In this document: piece by piece, positions 1 through 13,665 of the stretch
Numbering within the stretch: the first letter of the stretch is position 1
Layout of the letters: each line of letters opens with the position of its first letter
NCBI GenBank assembly: GCA_965649765.1
Contig: OZ287749.1
Coordinates: forward strand, 25,978,001-26,042,000
Source of the DNA: Bispira polyomma
Lineage: Eukaryota
Length of the DNA: 64,000 nt
Direction: 5' to 3'
Notes under the pieces: model-generated
Told to the model about the DNA's origin: nothing
What the model saw: only the letters and a program-made list of their open reading frames with translations
Databases searched by the model: none
Translations under genes and position numbers: made by a program

Positions 1-3000
1 GCTTAAAATTTCTGACATGTTGACTAATTTCTCAACATATTAACGTCTGTTTAGGCAATATTGGTTGAATACAAGTGTGGCCTTTTTTGTGTGTGTGTTA
101 GTGACTGCATTCATTAGGCTTCAAATCGTCATGTTTTACCATCAATTAAGCGCCTAAAGAGCTGGCATGTACACACAAACACACCACCGGAGCATGGATT
201 ATTTTATGTTCTTTTTTTTTTACATTATTACTCTCTTTTACTCCCTCTGGACAAAGCTGACAGTTTATAAAAACTCATGGAGGTGTGTTAAAACGTGTGT
301 TTGCCGTGAAGATAGAGACCTTCTCCACCTTTGTAAATCCTTATGACAAAGAAAATAGTCTCTCTCTCTTCAATGTTATAACAAACAGCTCATTTATCTA
401 CTCTTGTCTCTCCTCTATCTGTTTTACACCAATTCCGGGGCGACAGTAAGCCGAGGACGACTTACGCCTGGGGGCGAAGTGATCAATGGTGAGATCTGTT
501 ACTCTTGTGGCTGATGGAATTTTATGCTGGTGTGTGTCTGTGTTTGTCACATATAGCAGTGGCCACATATCTCAACTGAAACTCAAATTCTGACGTCATC
601 CCTATCTCTGGTTAGAGTGAAGTAAAAGTAAAAAAAAATATCTGAGTGCATATTTGTATTCAGTGTTAAAAGCTCTATTAAAATGAATGGTCACAAGTAT
701 AGCTTTATTTCTGAAAAAAGAGGGACTTATAAGATGAGTATGAGTTTTTTTAGTTAGAGTATATACTCCCAGTGTGTATTTGGTGGCCACTGTGTTTGCT
801 TACACAAACTTACTGGGCGGGAAGGCCACGACACTAGAACAATAACCGGGAAATGTAATACAACTGTCAACACAGAATTTAGCTTTAAATCAAATATTTA
901 AAAAAAAAAGAGTAAATGGGGAGAGAGGGGGGGGGGGGTTAGAGACAGCATACGGTATCTGTGTGTGAGTCTGTTGGTGTGGTGTGTTTAAGTGGAGTAA
1001 ATAGAGAGAACAGTAGGGGACACACAAGACAAGGTATCTAATGGCTTGTGTCTGTCTGTGTCAAAAGTGTTAAAAGGGAGATAGGGACCAAGATGGGTAT
1101 AATACAGGGTGTGTGTGTGGGGGGGGAGGGGGGGGGGTAGAATGATCTGAAATACTGTAAAAATGGGATGTTTTTTTTTTGTAATGTAGGGAGAAAATAA
1201 TCTTTAGTCATTGATACTAATGAGATTGCATGGTGACAATTTGTTACCTGTCAAATAAAATAAAAAGTTTTAAACTTTTGTGTTTGGCAAATTTGGGTAA
1301 TTGCTGAATAGCATTCGTGGAAACATATTATTACGAGGGGAAACCAATTTTTTAAATTTTAGAATATGTTCCTGTAAAAGGGCTGTTCGAAAGAATTAGT
1401 TGTTCCATTTGGTGCAGGTTAAAGGTGTGGGCGGGTATTGTTGAGGTATCTATCTATCTAATCTGACTTTTATAGTGCTCAGTCTCCGTACTAGCGAATT
1501 CTAAGGTGCATGAGACAGTCAAATAATTTTTATAATTTTATATAGCCATTTGGGACGCACAGGGGTCATGACCGTAGAGAGGCCAGAAATGGTAAGGGAG
1601 GTTAATGTGGGAAACTCTTCCTAAATAGGTAGGTTTGGAGCTTGAGTTAGGTTTCTGTAGAGAGCTGCACTAACGCATCTGGCTTAGGATTTCCCAATTG
1701 ACCCTATGATGGTCACGTTTGTAAAGCTCTGTACATCTATAACAAGAGAAATAGTTCATTATTTTAGACTCCTGCTAGGCACCATTATCCCATGGCAATA
1801 TAACAAATATGGCAAGGTCTAACCAACGGAAATTAGTGAAAACATCACATCCTGTGCAGAGATAATCTAGTGATTTCCGAGTCCAGAAAAATTATTGGTC
1901 ATTCTATCTCTGAGCAATGTACCCTTCCCATTGAGGGAATTCCGGTCCATTTTGGGATTGTTTGAGGGTGGGCTTTTGTCCGACACTAACCACATCCCCC
2001 CCCCCCCTATCTACCTTCGCCCCCTCCTTTTTATTCACCATACATTTACTCAATTACTCACCACTCCCTTCCCTAATATATTCGAACCTTTAGACCAATA
2101 TGCTGTCTATTGTTCTGGACACAATACAAAAGGTGTCACACAGATTTGCCTGCTCTCAACACATTTTGACACCTTAGTCTCCCCCCCCCCTCCCTCTCTC
2201 TCCATGGGTCATTTACTTCTAAAAGAGAGAACTTAACCTAATACTGTCCCCCTTTAATAGTGAGCAACATGCTAGGACATTAATTGGGGGATAATGTTTA
2301 TTGAATATCCATTCTTCTCTGTTTTTATTAAGTATTTTTGCTCTCCCTCCTCTTCCACCCACATCGCCTCCTCGACCCCCTTGTTAAAGTATATATCTGT
2401 CTATTCATTAACTAACAAAAGTCATGCAATTTAATGGTCTAACTTTTTTCTTCTCTGTTTCAAATTAATTACCCCTATATACATGTGCTCAGGTGTATTA
2501 TGTGACTTTCTTCCTTTTTGTTCATATTGTATAGGAAAGAAGCATTGAAAGGAAACATTAAAGGAAAACAAAAGGGCTTTTCAGTCCAAACACCTTTAAT
2601 GGAACTAAAGGTGTTGGTAATGAATGGGTTGTTTTTTATAGGGGAAAGTTTGTAAATCGGAGGTTGTGTTGATAAAAATACTAAATGGGGAAAAGAGCCC
2701 TTTTTCTTCTTCAATTAGGAACAAAATGCAAAACCCAATAGGTATTTATATAACAAATGTATCTACAAGATGGGTATACTTTTATGTGTAGATCAAGTTT
2801 GTACAAAGAATCAACATTTTCTTCGTCCTTTTTTATTAAAACAATGAGGGCCCCTTTTTATGTAATTGTATAACATGGGTTATACACAAGTAATGGACAT
2901 AAGTACCTTGTTTTTGATCATTGCTAAAATCTCATACATTGTTCTATGTGTGTATTTATTATAAGGCTTAGAACCAAGTTCATTTGTATTGACCATAATA

Positions 3001-6000
3001 ATGTACCTTATATCTTTAGGGTACCAATGTTTGCAGCCCAAATTAGGATTAGGTCAATTTTAAGATGGGCTATCATAAGTTTGGCTAGCCCATCTTAAGA
3101 TTGGCCAGGAAAACTAGCCAAACTTGAGATTGGATTGAAACCATGTTTTAAATTTTTATCACGTTTGGAATTTCTAGAATATGATGAAGTAAGTAAAGGG
3201 GTAGTTGATGGCCATAAAATACAATTCAATTAATAAATACAATTGAATATTAAATTTTAGAACACAGAATTTTAATGAGTAGCACAAAATTTTAATGTGG
3301 TGACAGCAAAAAATTCAATTTTATTAGGGACACAAATGTTCAGAATCTGTAAGACAAGGGAGTAAAATCTGATCAAATAGTAGTGGTCAAGTGCTGGCTA
3401 AAACACACTTCAACTTCCTATATTAAAAACAAAATGAAAAAATATCAATTCCTTTAAACAGTACTACTAATTAGAATCATAATGTAACAAAACGTGACTG
3501 ACTTATAAACTTTCAAAATTCGTAAGGATATGATTGTCGGAGTATGAGTAGTTATTAGTATTTCTTAAAAAGTACCTGAATTTGTATATGTATACATATT
3601 CAATATCTATAGTAAATATTGTTAAAAAAACTGTGTTCTCAATTGTCTGTAAATATTTTTTATTATTTTTTTAATTATATATTGTATATGTGCTAAGTAT
3701 ATTATGTCACTGTAATTGTATATATTGCATTTTTCACGTGCCTTATTGATGCCCATTCATCTTGTAAAGCGCAACATCAGAATCGAATAAATTTTCAAAA
3801 TAGTGAATGTTCCAGAGAGACAAATGACTGTACAGTCGACTGTATGTCAAATATTTAATGTAATGTTGTGATATATGAAATTTGTAATAGATATCTGATA
3901 TCATATATATGGTAGGTGAAATGGTACATATTGCAAAAATAAAAAAAAAATAAAGAAAAAATAATCAACAAACAAATCGAGAAGTCCCCAAAAACATAGC
4001 GAAGGTTGTAATGACGGATGTGGGGGTTGCAATAAATTGAATAAACTATTACCCTCAACTATATTAATTTACTCATTTATTATATAGTGCAACAGTAAAT
4101 ATATAGTAAATATATATATTACAAACAAAAGTAGATATTATACATTAACAAGATAATACCTTGCCCTAAAGAGCTTACTTCATACGTCAGTATCAATATG
4201 ATGTAATTGTTAGTCTCAATCAACCTGTGTTTCAAACTATACCTATTTGCTACATATTGCTTTTTGTAATATATATTGCTAACAGTAGAGTATTAGTCTC
4301 CGAGAATTATATTTTCAACTACTAAGAGAGGTATGTTAATATCTGTCAAATTGAGAATAAAAGTGAGCAAAACCAAGTTACTGTATTTATCATTCATTCA
4401 CTTGTTTCACCCTACTTCTCCACTCTGACTGACCTTGTCCAAGGTCACTTACTTCATACATAATGTTGGTAGACATAATATATATGTAAAATATATATAA
4501 CCTAACAATGCATTGATATTAAAAACAACTGAACAAAAATGTTGTTAAATTTGTCACATGACTAACTCATTCTCAATAGTTTCAGTATAAATGACTCTAA
4601 AATGATAAATCTTAGCAAATCCCAATTCCTCACTTTATTTTTTTTGTTCACTCTAAACAACAAGGTATTTGTCCCATATACAATCCATTAATACCCTTGT
4701 TTTTATGTACAACAACCAAAACCTTAGCCGTAGATTCTATACAAAATAAATCATAAAAACAGGGGGAAAAAGCCCAAGAAAAGGGAAAGCACAAATGACT
4801 TCACATCTTTTTTTTTCTTTTATTGCATGATCAGGACTTTTCACACAAAAGGCGATACCTGCACAATAACCATGAATGTATTATTGACTCCTATCGTGTC
4901 CAAATCTGTTCCCCCCCTCCCCCCTCCCCCCATCTCCTCCCCATAATTACAGATTAAGTAAGGTTCCCCTTTTGTAGTGAGGGGGCGTGAATATCACCAT
5001 ATAATAGTATTGCTCGAACATGGTGTGTGTTTTTTCTATTCACTATTTAAGCGGCTCTCACCCCGAAATACTCACTCTGTGAGTCGACGTGAGCAATTGA
5101 TTTGTAAAGTGTTCCTGTTTATATTCATCAGCGGTGATTTGGAATATAAAAATGACGCTGTATAATTTAGAGGGTTTAAAATGAGAATGCAAAAAAAAAC
5201 TGGGCAGAGAAAATGAATTTGGTTGTTGGGGTAAAAAAATGCTAAAATATGTGAGGTCTGTTATTACAATTCATCTTTCCATGGTTTCATTAGAGAAATG
5301 CACTAGATGATATCACCGTAAAACCTCTACAAGAAAACACTTCTGAATAGTGAACACCTACCTCCCTACGATGAATGGTGATTTTGGGATTTTTTTATGT
5401 CAATTTTTGACATTGATGTGAATTATTACAGTAGAACCTACATCTCTGAATAGTTAAACACCTCTTTAACAGTTTTGGGCTGGGCCCTGTGAGTGTTTAC
5501 AATATGGCTATATATATTGTGCATAGAAATACATTGCCATGTTGCAGAAACAAATATGTATATTGCACGAGGGAAGTTAAGTGAGTTCCTAAATATGCTC
5601 CTAAATATTAACATCTTTAAGGACTTTATAGTAAAAATATTCTTAAATAGGAAAGCAATGTTAAACTAGTAAACCATAACAAATTAAAAATGACATTTAT
5701 TAATAAACTAAATCTATGAATGTTTTGTAAACTTATACTTAGCTTGTTACTTGTATATTATGTAAACTGTATATAGTAATATATATATATATATATTTTT
5801 GTATATATGATGTATTTCTAAAATGTATTTGTAAGAAGTGCCTCGTAAGCCCAGGTAAAATGGACTGGCTGCGTAGCCAATGTATTATAGTTTATGTTTT
5901 ATGTATGTGCAGGTGGCACCATAATAAATAAATTCTCTCTCTCTCTCTCTTCATATTTTCAATGATTCTATGAAGAAAGTGCAGTACACACAAAATAGTG

Positions 6001-7899
6001 GTTTTTTTTTATAACCTGAGATGTCACCTCTTGCAGAAAAAATGTGTTGTCCACAGCCGATAGAGACGGGAGGGGGGTGGTGGGGGGGGGGGGGGTGAGG
6101 GGTAGTAGAGGTTGTCCCTTGAGAAGTAATTATTACACTAGGAAACACAATTGATAGGCAGAGTGTTAGGGTGAATGTAGAACCCCTTAAAACTTTCCTG
6201 TTTGTTAGTAACCCTCTCCCCCTATAGGCACAAACTCTTCCTATATCTCCATAGGAGTTTCAATATTCTGGGGGATTAGTGTCTTCTCCCCCCCCCCCCA
6301 TCCCCTTTACACCCCCCCCCTCCTCACCCGCCCCCAACCCCTGCCGCCCAGGGTACTATATATGATATTATATATGTGGTATGTATTTCCCAGGGCACTG
6401 CTGCAAACCCCAAAACTGACACACAGGTATCACCTGATGATTTGACTCACCTATAGAATAATAATTTACACTGTATTCCAAGAAGTAAATGATATCATTA
6501 TTAAGCGTTTTAATTACTCAATGAATTTATAAACACGTGTGGGGCACGTTGACCTATTCAATTTGAGGTCATGTAAGAATCAGTCAGGTGCATGTAGTAT
6601 ATATTGTAATAAAGAACAGTCACATTTGGTGTGATATGTGTGTCACATATTTTATGTCACATTTCTTGGTAAAAAAAAAGAGGCTTTGCAAGATTCAATG
6701 ATTACACTGTTACCCTCAATTACAAATGACTTAATTTGCCCAATATGTTTTGAAATTTTTGTTAAAGAAAATAAAGATGCACATTTACATCAAACTGAAT
6801 GGAGTAAACATAAACTAAAACCTTACATGCAACCAAACATGTAGCCATTCATACATAATATGACCTGGACTATATCCTGGTAAATACAAACGGTGATAGA
6901 AGCTTAAATCAGTGAGTTGTAAAAGTGGCCCTTTTGAAAAACTGCACCTATATCTTACTTATATAGGGAGCTAGCCCAACTATTCAAATCACTGACTTAT
7001 TATTGCAGTGACAAATAGCTTATATATATATACTCCACCCTTGTCTTATGGACCACAATGTTAGAATGACATCAGCTAAGTGAGCAGTTATGAGTTCCCA
7101 TATGTCTTTGTATTTCCCATATGTCTTTGTATTTATTTTTTTTTCAAGGATATAAATGCTCCCAGACAATAATAGCTATATGTTATTAAAAGGGCAGGGG
7201 GAATGGGAAGTAAAATGAGTTTAATATTAAGTACATTTAGATGTAAAAAAGGACAAAGTTTAAAATTTTCCTAAGAAAAACACCAATAACAAAAATACAC
7301 ATAATAAAACATAAAGACCAATATTTTGTCATCAAGAACTAAAAAAGATGTTTCTCGGATTTGTATTCATTCTCTTTATTGCAGTATCACCGTATAAAAA
7401 ACTTATTTGTTCTATAATTGCCACCAAAATGAAAAAGTTCATTACTTTTAATGGGAAAAATATTTTGCTTTTATAGTGTGTGATGTTCCTTATTTTTTTT
7501 TATCGTTTTTCGTGTTTTACCACAACAATAATCTGATATCATTGATCACTGATTTTTCTGTGTTATTGTGTCTGTGTTTCCTTACAGAGAATCTATCATG
7601 TGCTGTAGAAGGAAATTTTTCACATGATAAATCAGTAATTTTTTGTTTGAAATTTTGAGAGAAAAAAGGAGAGCTTTTCGGTAGCCAATTTTTATGGCAA
7701 CCCAAAAGTCATAAAAATGATATTGATAAAATTAATGATTTTTTTCTCCTTTCTGTTCCACTGTCTCTTGCGAGGCGGTTCGTCTGCCATTAAAATAAAA
7801 AAAACATTACAGACAGACACACCATATAATTCATTCACCTCCCCTGTTTTTAGCCACACACAGAAATTGTTTGCATTGATTCTCCAAATAATAAAAAGG

Positions 7900-8070
7900 C
7901 TCGCTCTCCCACACTTCAAGCTCTGCTATTGGCCCGACGCCTTGATTAGCCTATTCAGTGCGCATGCGCCGAAAGCACCTCTCCGTGCTAATTTGTCAAG
8001 GCAGAGACACCGACTCCCCTCTCAGAAGACTTATATGAAAACCGGTAAAGAGCAATTATGCATACGTAAG
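7900..8070 (+). promoter_or_regulatory. Putative Nkx2.1 proximal promoter
   Basis: Locally GC/CpG-richer stretch with CACTTCA NK2-type site (about 7912), reverse CCAAT box ATTGG (7928-7932), NRF1 motif TGCGCATGCGC (7959-7969) and TATA-like TATATGAA (8032-8039), about 340-470 nt upstream of the ATG. The TSS is not determined. Confidence 0.6.
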
Positions 8071-8373
8071 TTGCGCTCAAGAGTATAAGGAGTGGTTCTT
8101 GAAAGGGGCACCATTTTCACTGAGAAGGAAAAAAAGATGCTTGGATGCTTTTAAAAGTATAGAAGACGGTAGATATATATTTAAATACTAACACATTAAA
8201 AGAAAAGGAAAAAACAAGAGGGAGGGGGGTCAAAAACAGGTGACTTTGGACTTTAACAAAGTGGACAGAATTAAAAGACTATATAAAGAACATAGATATA
8301 TATAGTTAGATATAGAGATATCTAATCTCTAAAACAAAATGACACTGAGTGCCGAGTAGCAGTTAATATTGAT

Positions 8374-8812
8374 ATGTCGTTTAGCCCTAAAAATAATACT
8401 ACGTCGTTCTCAGTCACGGATATCTTAAACCCAATCGAAGACGTTTACAACAAGAAGACATTGAACATTGAAGCCAGTATCCCACCCTTAGTCTCGTCTT
8501 ACACCTACCAACAGAACAGCAACACTCTACACACACTACATCACTCTCCGCCAAATTCATCATCATCCTCTTCTTCTTCGACCGACGCCGGAGCTACGGC
8601 GGCGGCGGCGACCGCGGCGATGAACGGCACGATGGCGAATGCTTACAACTACATGGCGGCCCAGCTAGGACATTCCACCTACCCGGGATCAGCCAGCCAG
8701 TATTGTAACAGCTCCGAACTGTCCCCGTACGGGGATCCCATGGGGCAGGTAGCGGCAGCAAGGAATTCCACGTCTGCCTGGTACGGGGCTAACGCCGACC
8801 CCAGGATAGCGA
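8374..8812 (+). CDS. Nkx2.1: NK2.1-class homeobox transcription factor, coding exon 1 (TN/eh1 repression motif, Ser/Ala-rich and Tyr-rich regions)
   Basis: N-terminus MSFSPKNNTTSFSVTDILNPIEDVYNKK resembles vertebrate NKX2-1 [26 protein letters not shown]. TN motif FSVTDIL is at 8407-8427. The exon ends WYGANADPRIA, followed by donor A|GTGAGT (8812/8813, phase 1). Confidence 0.96.
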
Positions 8813-11307
8813 GTGAGTAATTGTTATTACCTTATATAGTCATTTATGTAATATAGAAACTTTGTTTTTTATTTAAAGTTTTAGTTTGGTCGGTCTTTCA
8901 TTAAGGTCTTTTTAAACTTGTTTTTGTATGTCATTAATGGGTTAAAAAGTATGGTGGAAATTAAGTGACTGTGGTAAATTTTTTTGGTTCTAAATTAGGT
9001 AAATGTAGCCACAGTCCATGTTAATTCCATACAGAGATGATTTGACAAGTTTTGGTTGTTAGCTGAACAAGGAATATGACAAGGGAACACTAAGTCATAT
9101 CAAATCTAAGACACATATCTACAATTAGTATTTCTTTTAAAAAAACTGCATATATACAAAGTTTTGATAGAAGTAATATTTAAAACACATCTAGTTAAGT
9201 GACATAATCACAGACTTAACTGTTCTTGTGTAATCGAGTCTATATTTTTGATATTGAGTGGGATTATTACTACTAAGTGTAGTTCTAACTAAATGATTCA
9301 TAATAATTATGTATGTATATAAATAAAATGGAGTACCTTAATAAATACCTTGGCCATTGAATAAAACTAGAATTAGACACATATAGCTATACATATATAT
9401 TTGTACATGTATATTATGTAAAATCTTAATATATGAGAAATGCTTAAACCATCTAAGACTTTTGGAAAAAAAAACTTACCAAACCAAAAACATATATAGA
9501 TACACCTTCCATTGATAAAGTGTAGGAGACGGCATTATATACATTTACATACATCTACATGTGTGAACTTTATCTTTAATATAAACACGTCAAGTAAGAG
9601 ATCCATGTTTTGACAGACAACTGAGAGTAATTAAGTCAAGGGCACTTGAATGGTATTATTTGATTGTAATCCATTCTGTTGACCGAGCCCAACCAAGAAA
9701 TACCTTTTTTCATATATCTCTTTAGACACTACAGGTGTGTCCAAAAGTTGTACACGGACGAAGGGGCAATGTTTTTAAACGGTAGGGGTCTTTTCTTTTG
9801 ATCCAAAATTAAAAAAAGTATATCTGCTTGATATATTATAACACTTGAGAATTACACCTTGGTTGTAATTTTGTTCTAAGATTTCTCCATATAACACTTC
9901 TTGTTTTTAGTGTAGAAACACCCCCATTTTCTTATATAAGTATATTACTATATTACCTACCACCATCTAACACTTGAGCATTGTATTAAGCCTAGTGTGG
10001 AAAAAATGATAGCAAAAAAAACCCCACAACAACACAAGAGGTGTAAAGATGATGTTATATAAAATTTTGTACTCATCATATATGAAAAAGAAACCAGCCC
10101 TACCCATATAATTTCGCCCCGGGATTTGAATGCACATAATGAATGAGCTTAAGCAGTTTACACGGCCAATTAAGCTGGTTTCACATTGACGCGATTTTTT
10201 TTGCGCTCGGCCAGTCATCCGAGTGTAAATCTCTTCTCTTTTTCTCTCTTTAATACATTCTTGTTCACAATTGTCAATAAAGAGTTTCCCTTTCACAAAA
10301 TAAATCCCCACAAACTCCACGAAACCCTGTTTTCAAATGCAGTGGTTCTGTACATAAAATTTAAGGGTGAAATACCCTCTTTCCCATTTTCCGTATTATG
10401 TGTTATATTGTTCCCCTTAACAAGTTTATTTAACTGACAATAATAATTTCTATGACTTGGGGGCCCTGCAATAACAATATATCAACTCTTAAACCACAAA
10501 TATAACTCCCACCATTAACCCTCTGTGTTTTCTGTCATAGCAATATTTCAAATATCTACTAAATATACTGACCTGTATTTGATAATAAATTAAGCTATTG
10601 TATATATAGTGTATGAATATATTTCTTTGTCCTTAACTTTGTTTTTGAAAGTTTTTATCTGTCTATATATAAAATGAATACTTTATACTAGCAAAGTTTG
10701 CACAACTAAACCACACTTTTGTCATATTTAAACAAAACAAAAAATGCATTGAGATTACATTGATGGCAACCATTTGTCAACTGGTTTTACATCAAATACT
10801 TCTTGCCTTATCATAAGTGTTCATAATATAAAATAGTACCCGCATTGTGTACCACGTAAACATCCACACTTCCGGTTTAGATTGGGGTATTTGGGTACTT
10901 TCTTTTGGATTAAAAATAGGTCCTAATTATACCAAATGCACTCAGATAGAAATGTATGGCACAAATATATAATAATAATCACCAAATATGTAAGTCAGAT
11001 ACCTCATCCTATAACCGAACAATTTGCCTAGTCATATGCCTATATGTCTTTGAACTTCCGGTGAGGCGTATTCCTCATGAGGTGAAGGTTTTGAATTTTT
11101 TGGAACACTGGCGTGAAATAGTGGAGAGTCTATGTATGAAGTGATTCAAGCTATCTGGTAATTTTTTTAATTAATTACATTTTGTGAGGTAGACAGAGAT
11201 GTATTGGTGCTTATAGTGACAAACCTAGTCAAGTTTGAAAGAAGTAAATTATTTCTTGCATCTTGCAAAAATCTGAGTGACATATATACTATATGTATAT
11301 ACATATA

Positions 11308-11554
11308 GTTTAGTTTGGATTTACCTTTGCTTTCAAAAAGCCTTCTGTCATATGAGGGGCAGTTTCACTGGATGCAGGAAATCAGAACAGAGTATATTGC
11401 AGTTGGTCCCGGTTGTCTGCTTTGCTAAAACCCATCCACCTTCAGTACTAATACTGTCTACTTTCTACTGATACATACCAGGACTGAGATTTCGAACTCA
11501 TGGCTATAAAAGCTGGAAAGGCGAGTTTGTTACCAATACACCACTAGGGTTCCC
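11308..11554 (-). mobile_element. Older family-A-related SINE in the Nkx2.1 intron
   Basis: Minus strand reads GTGGTGTATTGGTAAC...GAGTTCGAAATC (A/B-box-like)...GATTTCCTGC...AAACTGCCCCTCATATGAC...TTGAAAGC...CCAAACTAAAC, the same architecture as family A. Confidence 0.65.
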
Positions 11555-13467
11555 AACTATGTAAATATATATTTGAATATAGCAGACATTTGACTCATAA
11601 TGACCCTTATGCAGACACAAAAAATAAAAGAAAATGGCGACCTTTTGTCGTTTCTGGTAAAGCATGTAATTGCTGTTTTGGTTGATGTTGCTTTGTGTTT
11701 GACTCTTGATAATAACACAATATAATTGGTGTTGTGGGAGGAGGGCAGTTGGGGCTGGGGTGGAGGGTAGATGGACCTGTAATGGTTGTTCTAGAGTGCT
11801 ATAGAGAGTGGTACAGATTGAGAGTCAGAAACTGCACCAGTGATGGTTGTTATAGAGTGCTTACAGAGTTGGACAGGTTCGGAGTTATAGAAGCGTCAAC
11901 TCGAAATGGGAAAAGAGAGATTGTTGAAGTGAATATGTGCTGGAATCGAGAACCTTGTAGTGTCAACCCCCAGGATTCCTTGCAGAAAACTATCAAGGGT
12001 CTTGTAGGAGAGGGGGGGGGGGGCTTGTAGGAGGTCAGACAGGCCCATAAGATAGTAATAGTTATCAGTAGCTCTATATTATATCCACGTTAAGGTGGAT
12101 GGTATTTGCTTGAACATTAAATCAATCTAAAGGACGAAGTTTAACTATATATGTCCCATAGATTAAAAGGTATAATGATTTTACTTCATGGAGGCACATA
12201 ATAATTAATAAATTGTCAAATGAGTATGGAGTAGAAAGTAAAAACAGTAAAAACTGTTTTAAAATTGTGTCCAGTTTTACCAGAAGCCTTATTTTTAAAG
12301 TTTAGGCCAGGACTCTTGGGGTGGGTTTGAAAACTGTGTTTTGGCTGTGTATACTAGATAGTACAGGCGTAAGGACATACTTAATGACTCTCTTCTTTCA
12401 CCATGTGTGTGTTCTGCTTTGTGTGAGTTTGTGGGGAGGGGTGTATGTGCCATGTCTGTGTATATGAGAGGGTATATATATCAGTGTCATTGTCTGTATA
12501 TATGTAGTAATTGGGGACATTAGACCCCTATATGATCTTGATATAACAACACTGTAGCATTATTCGCAAGGGACAAAGCAACATGTAAACTGTATATATT
12601 AATTATTTTTTAACAAGTGTCACAGTAATCAGATTTGTGGTGTTCATATGTTCACGTGACAATAAACACTTACTGTAAGGAAGTGACGTCAAGAGAGTCT
12701 AAAGTGATGGGACATTTTATAAAGCAAAGAAACGTATTACACAAGGAAATTTATTGCAGTAATTTTTTTTAAAGTAGGATTCTACCACTAACATTATATA
12801 TGAAGTAAATTGCTTCTCAATGGTGGATGTTGTATTTGGTGATATAAACATACAGAAAATAGTGGTGTATAAATAAAAAGTGGAAAATACCATGGACCCG
12901 TATGCACACTTCTACTGGTCGGATTATCGTAATGGTAAGATGTGTGACGTCATCGTTTCCACACGTCACACGATACTGCATTCTAGTTTTTTTTTTACTA
13001 TTCCATCTTTTGTTACTAGTTTTCATTGGCGTTGTTAAATAATTTGCTTGTATAATATTTGCCTTTTTATGTATATAGTTAGGTAAGATATAATTGTGTG
13101 TCTACATTTACAGTATAACAATTTTTAAAGCTTTTATTCATTGGATGTTAGGTTTTATTTAATTAATATGAAGCATATGGTTTATGTCAAGAGGAAAACA
13201 AGAGTAGCTACAAACATTAAGATACAGTCTGTTGTCAGTGTAGTTAAGACAGTAAATATTTGTGTTGCAAAGTGTTGAGGAGTGGTTTAGTACTTGAGAC
13301 AAGGTGAAACATTATAATACATGTTGATAAGGACTCAACTCACTGATATCTAATACAATGTAGTTAGTATAGGGGTGTGATATCAGCTTATATGGGAAGC
13401 TAACAATCTGCATATTGTGAGATAAAATCTGTATGATCTGAGAAGAATCTGATTATTTAACCTTCTT

Positions 13468-13665
13468 AAAGATAGGTTTACTTTGTTATAACTGATCCTA
13501 TAGACAACAATACACATTTTTAATTAGAATCTAGTCACAGATCTAGTTGTACGTCTTTAATTTATGGACTAAATAAAAAGATAGCTTTACTTTGTTATAA
13601 CTGATCCTATTAGAAATCTAGTCCTATATTTAGTAATATACTTCTTTAATTGATTGCCTAAAAAA
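13468..13665. repeat. About 109-bp tandem duplication in the intron
   Basis: AAAGATAG(G/C)TTTACTTTGTTATAACTGATCCTAT...AATCTAGTC occurs at about 13468 and 13577. Confidence 0.85.

Noticed and set aside
7717-8088. 123-aa ORF over the promoter
   Set aside because: No recognisable homology. It is probably a chance ORF in locally GC-richer sequence.
8813-8820. Stand-alone 148-aa protein from ORF 8374-8820
   Set aside because: The stop lies just past a consensus donor, and splicing restores a conserved motif.
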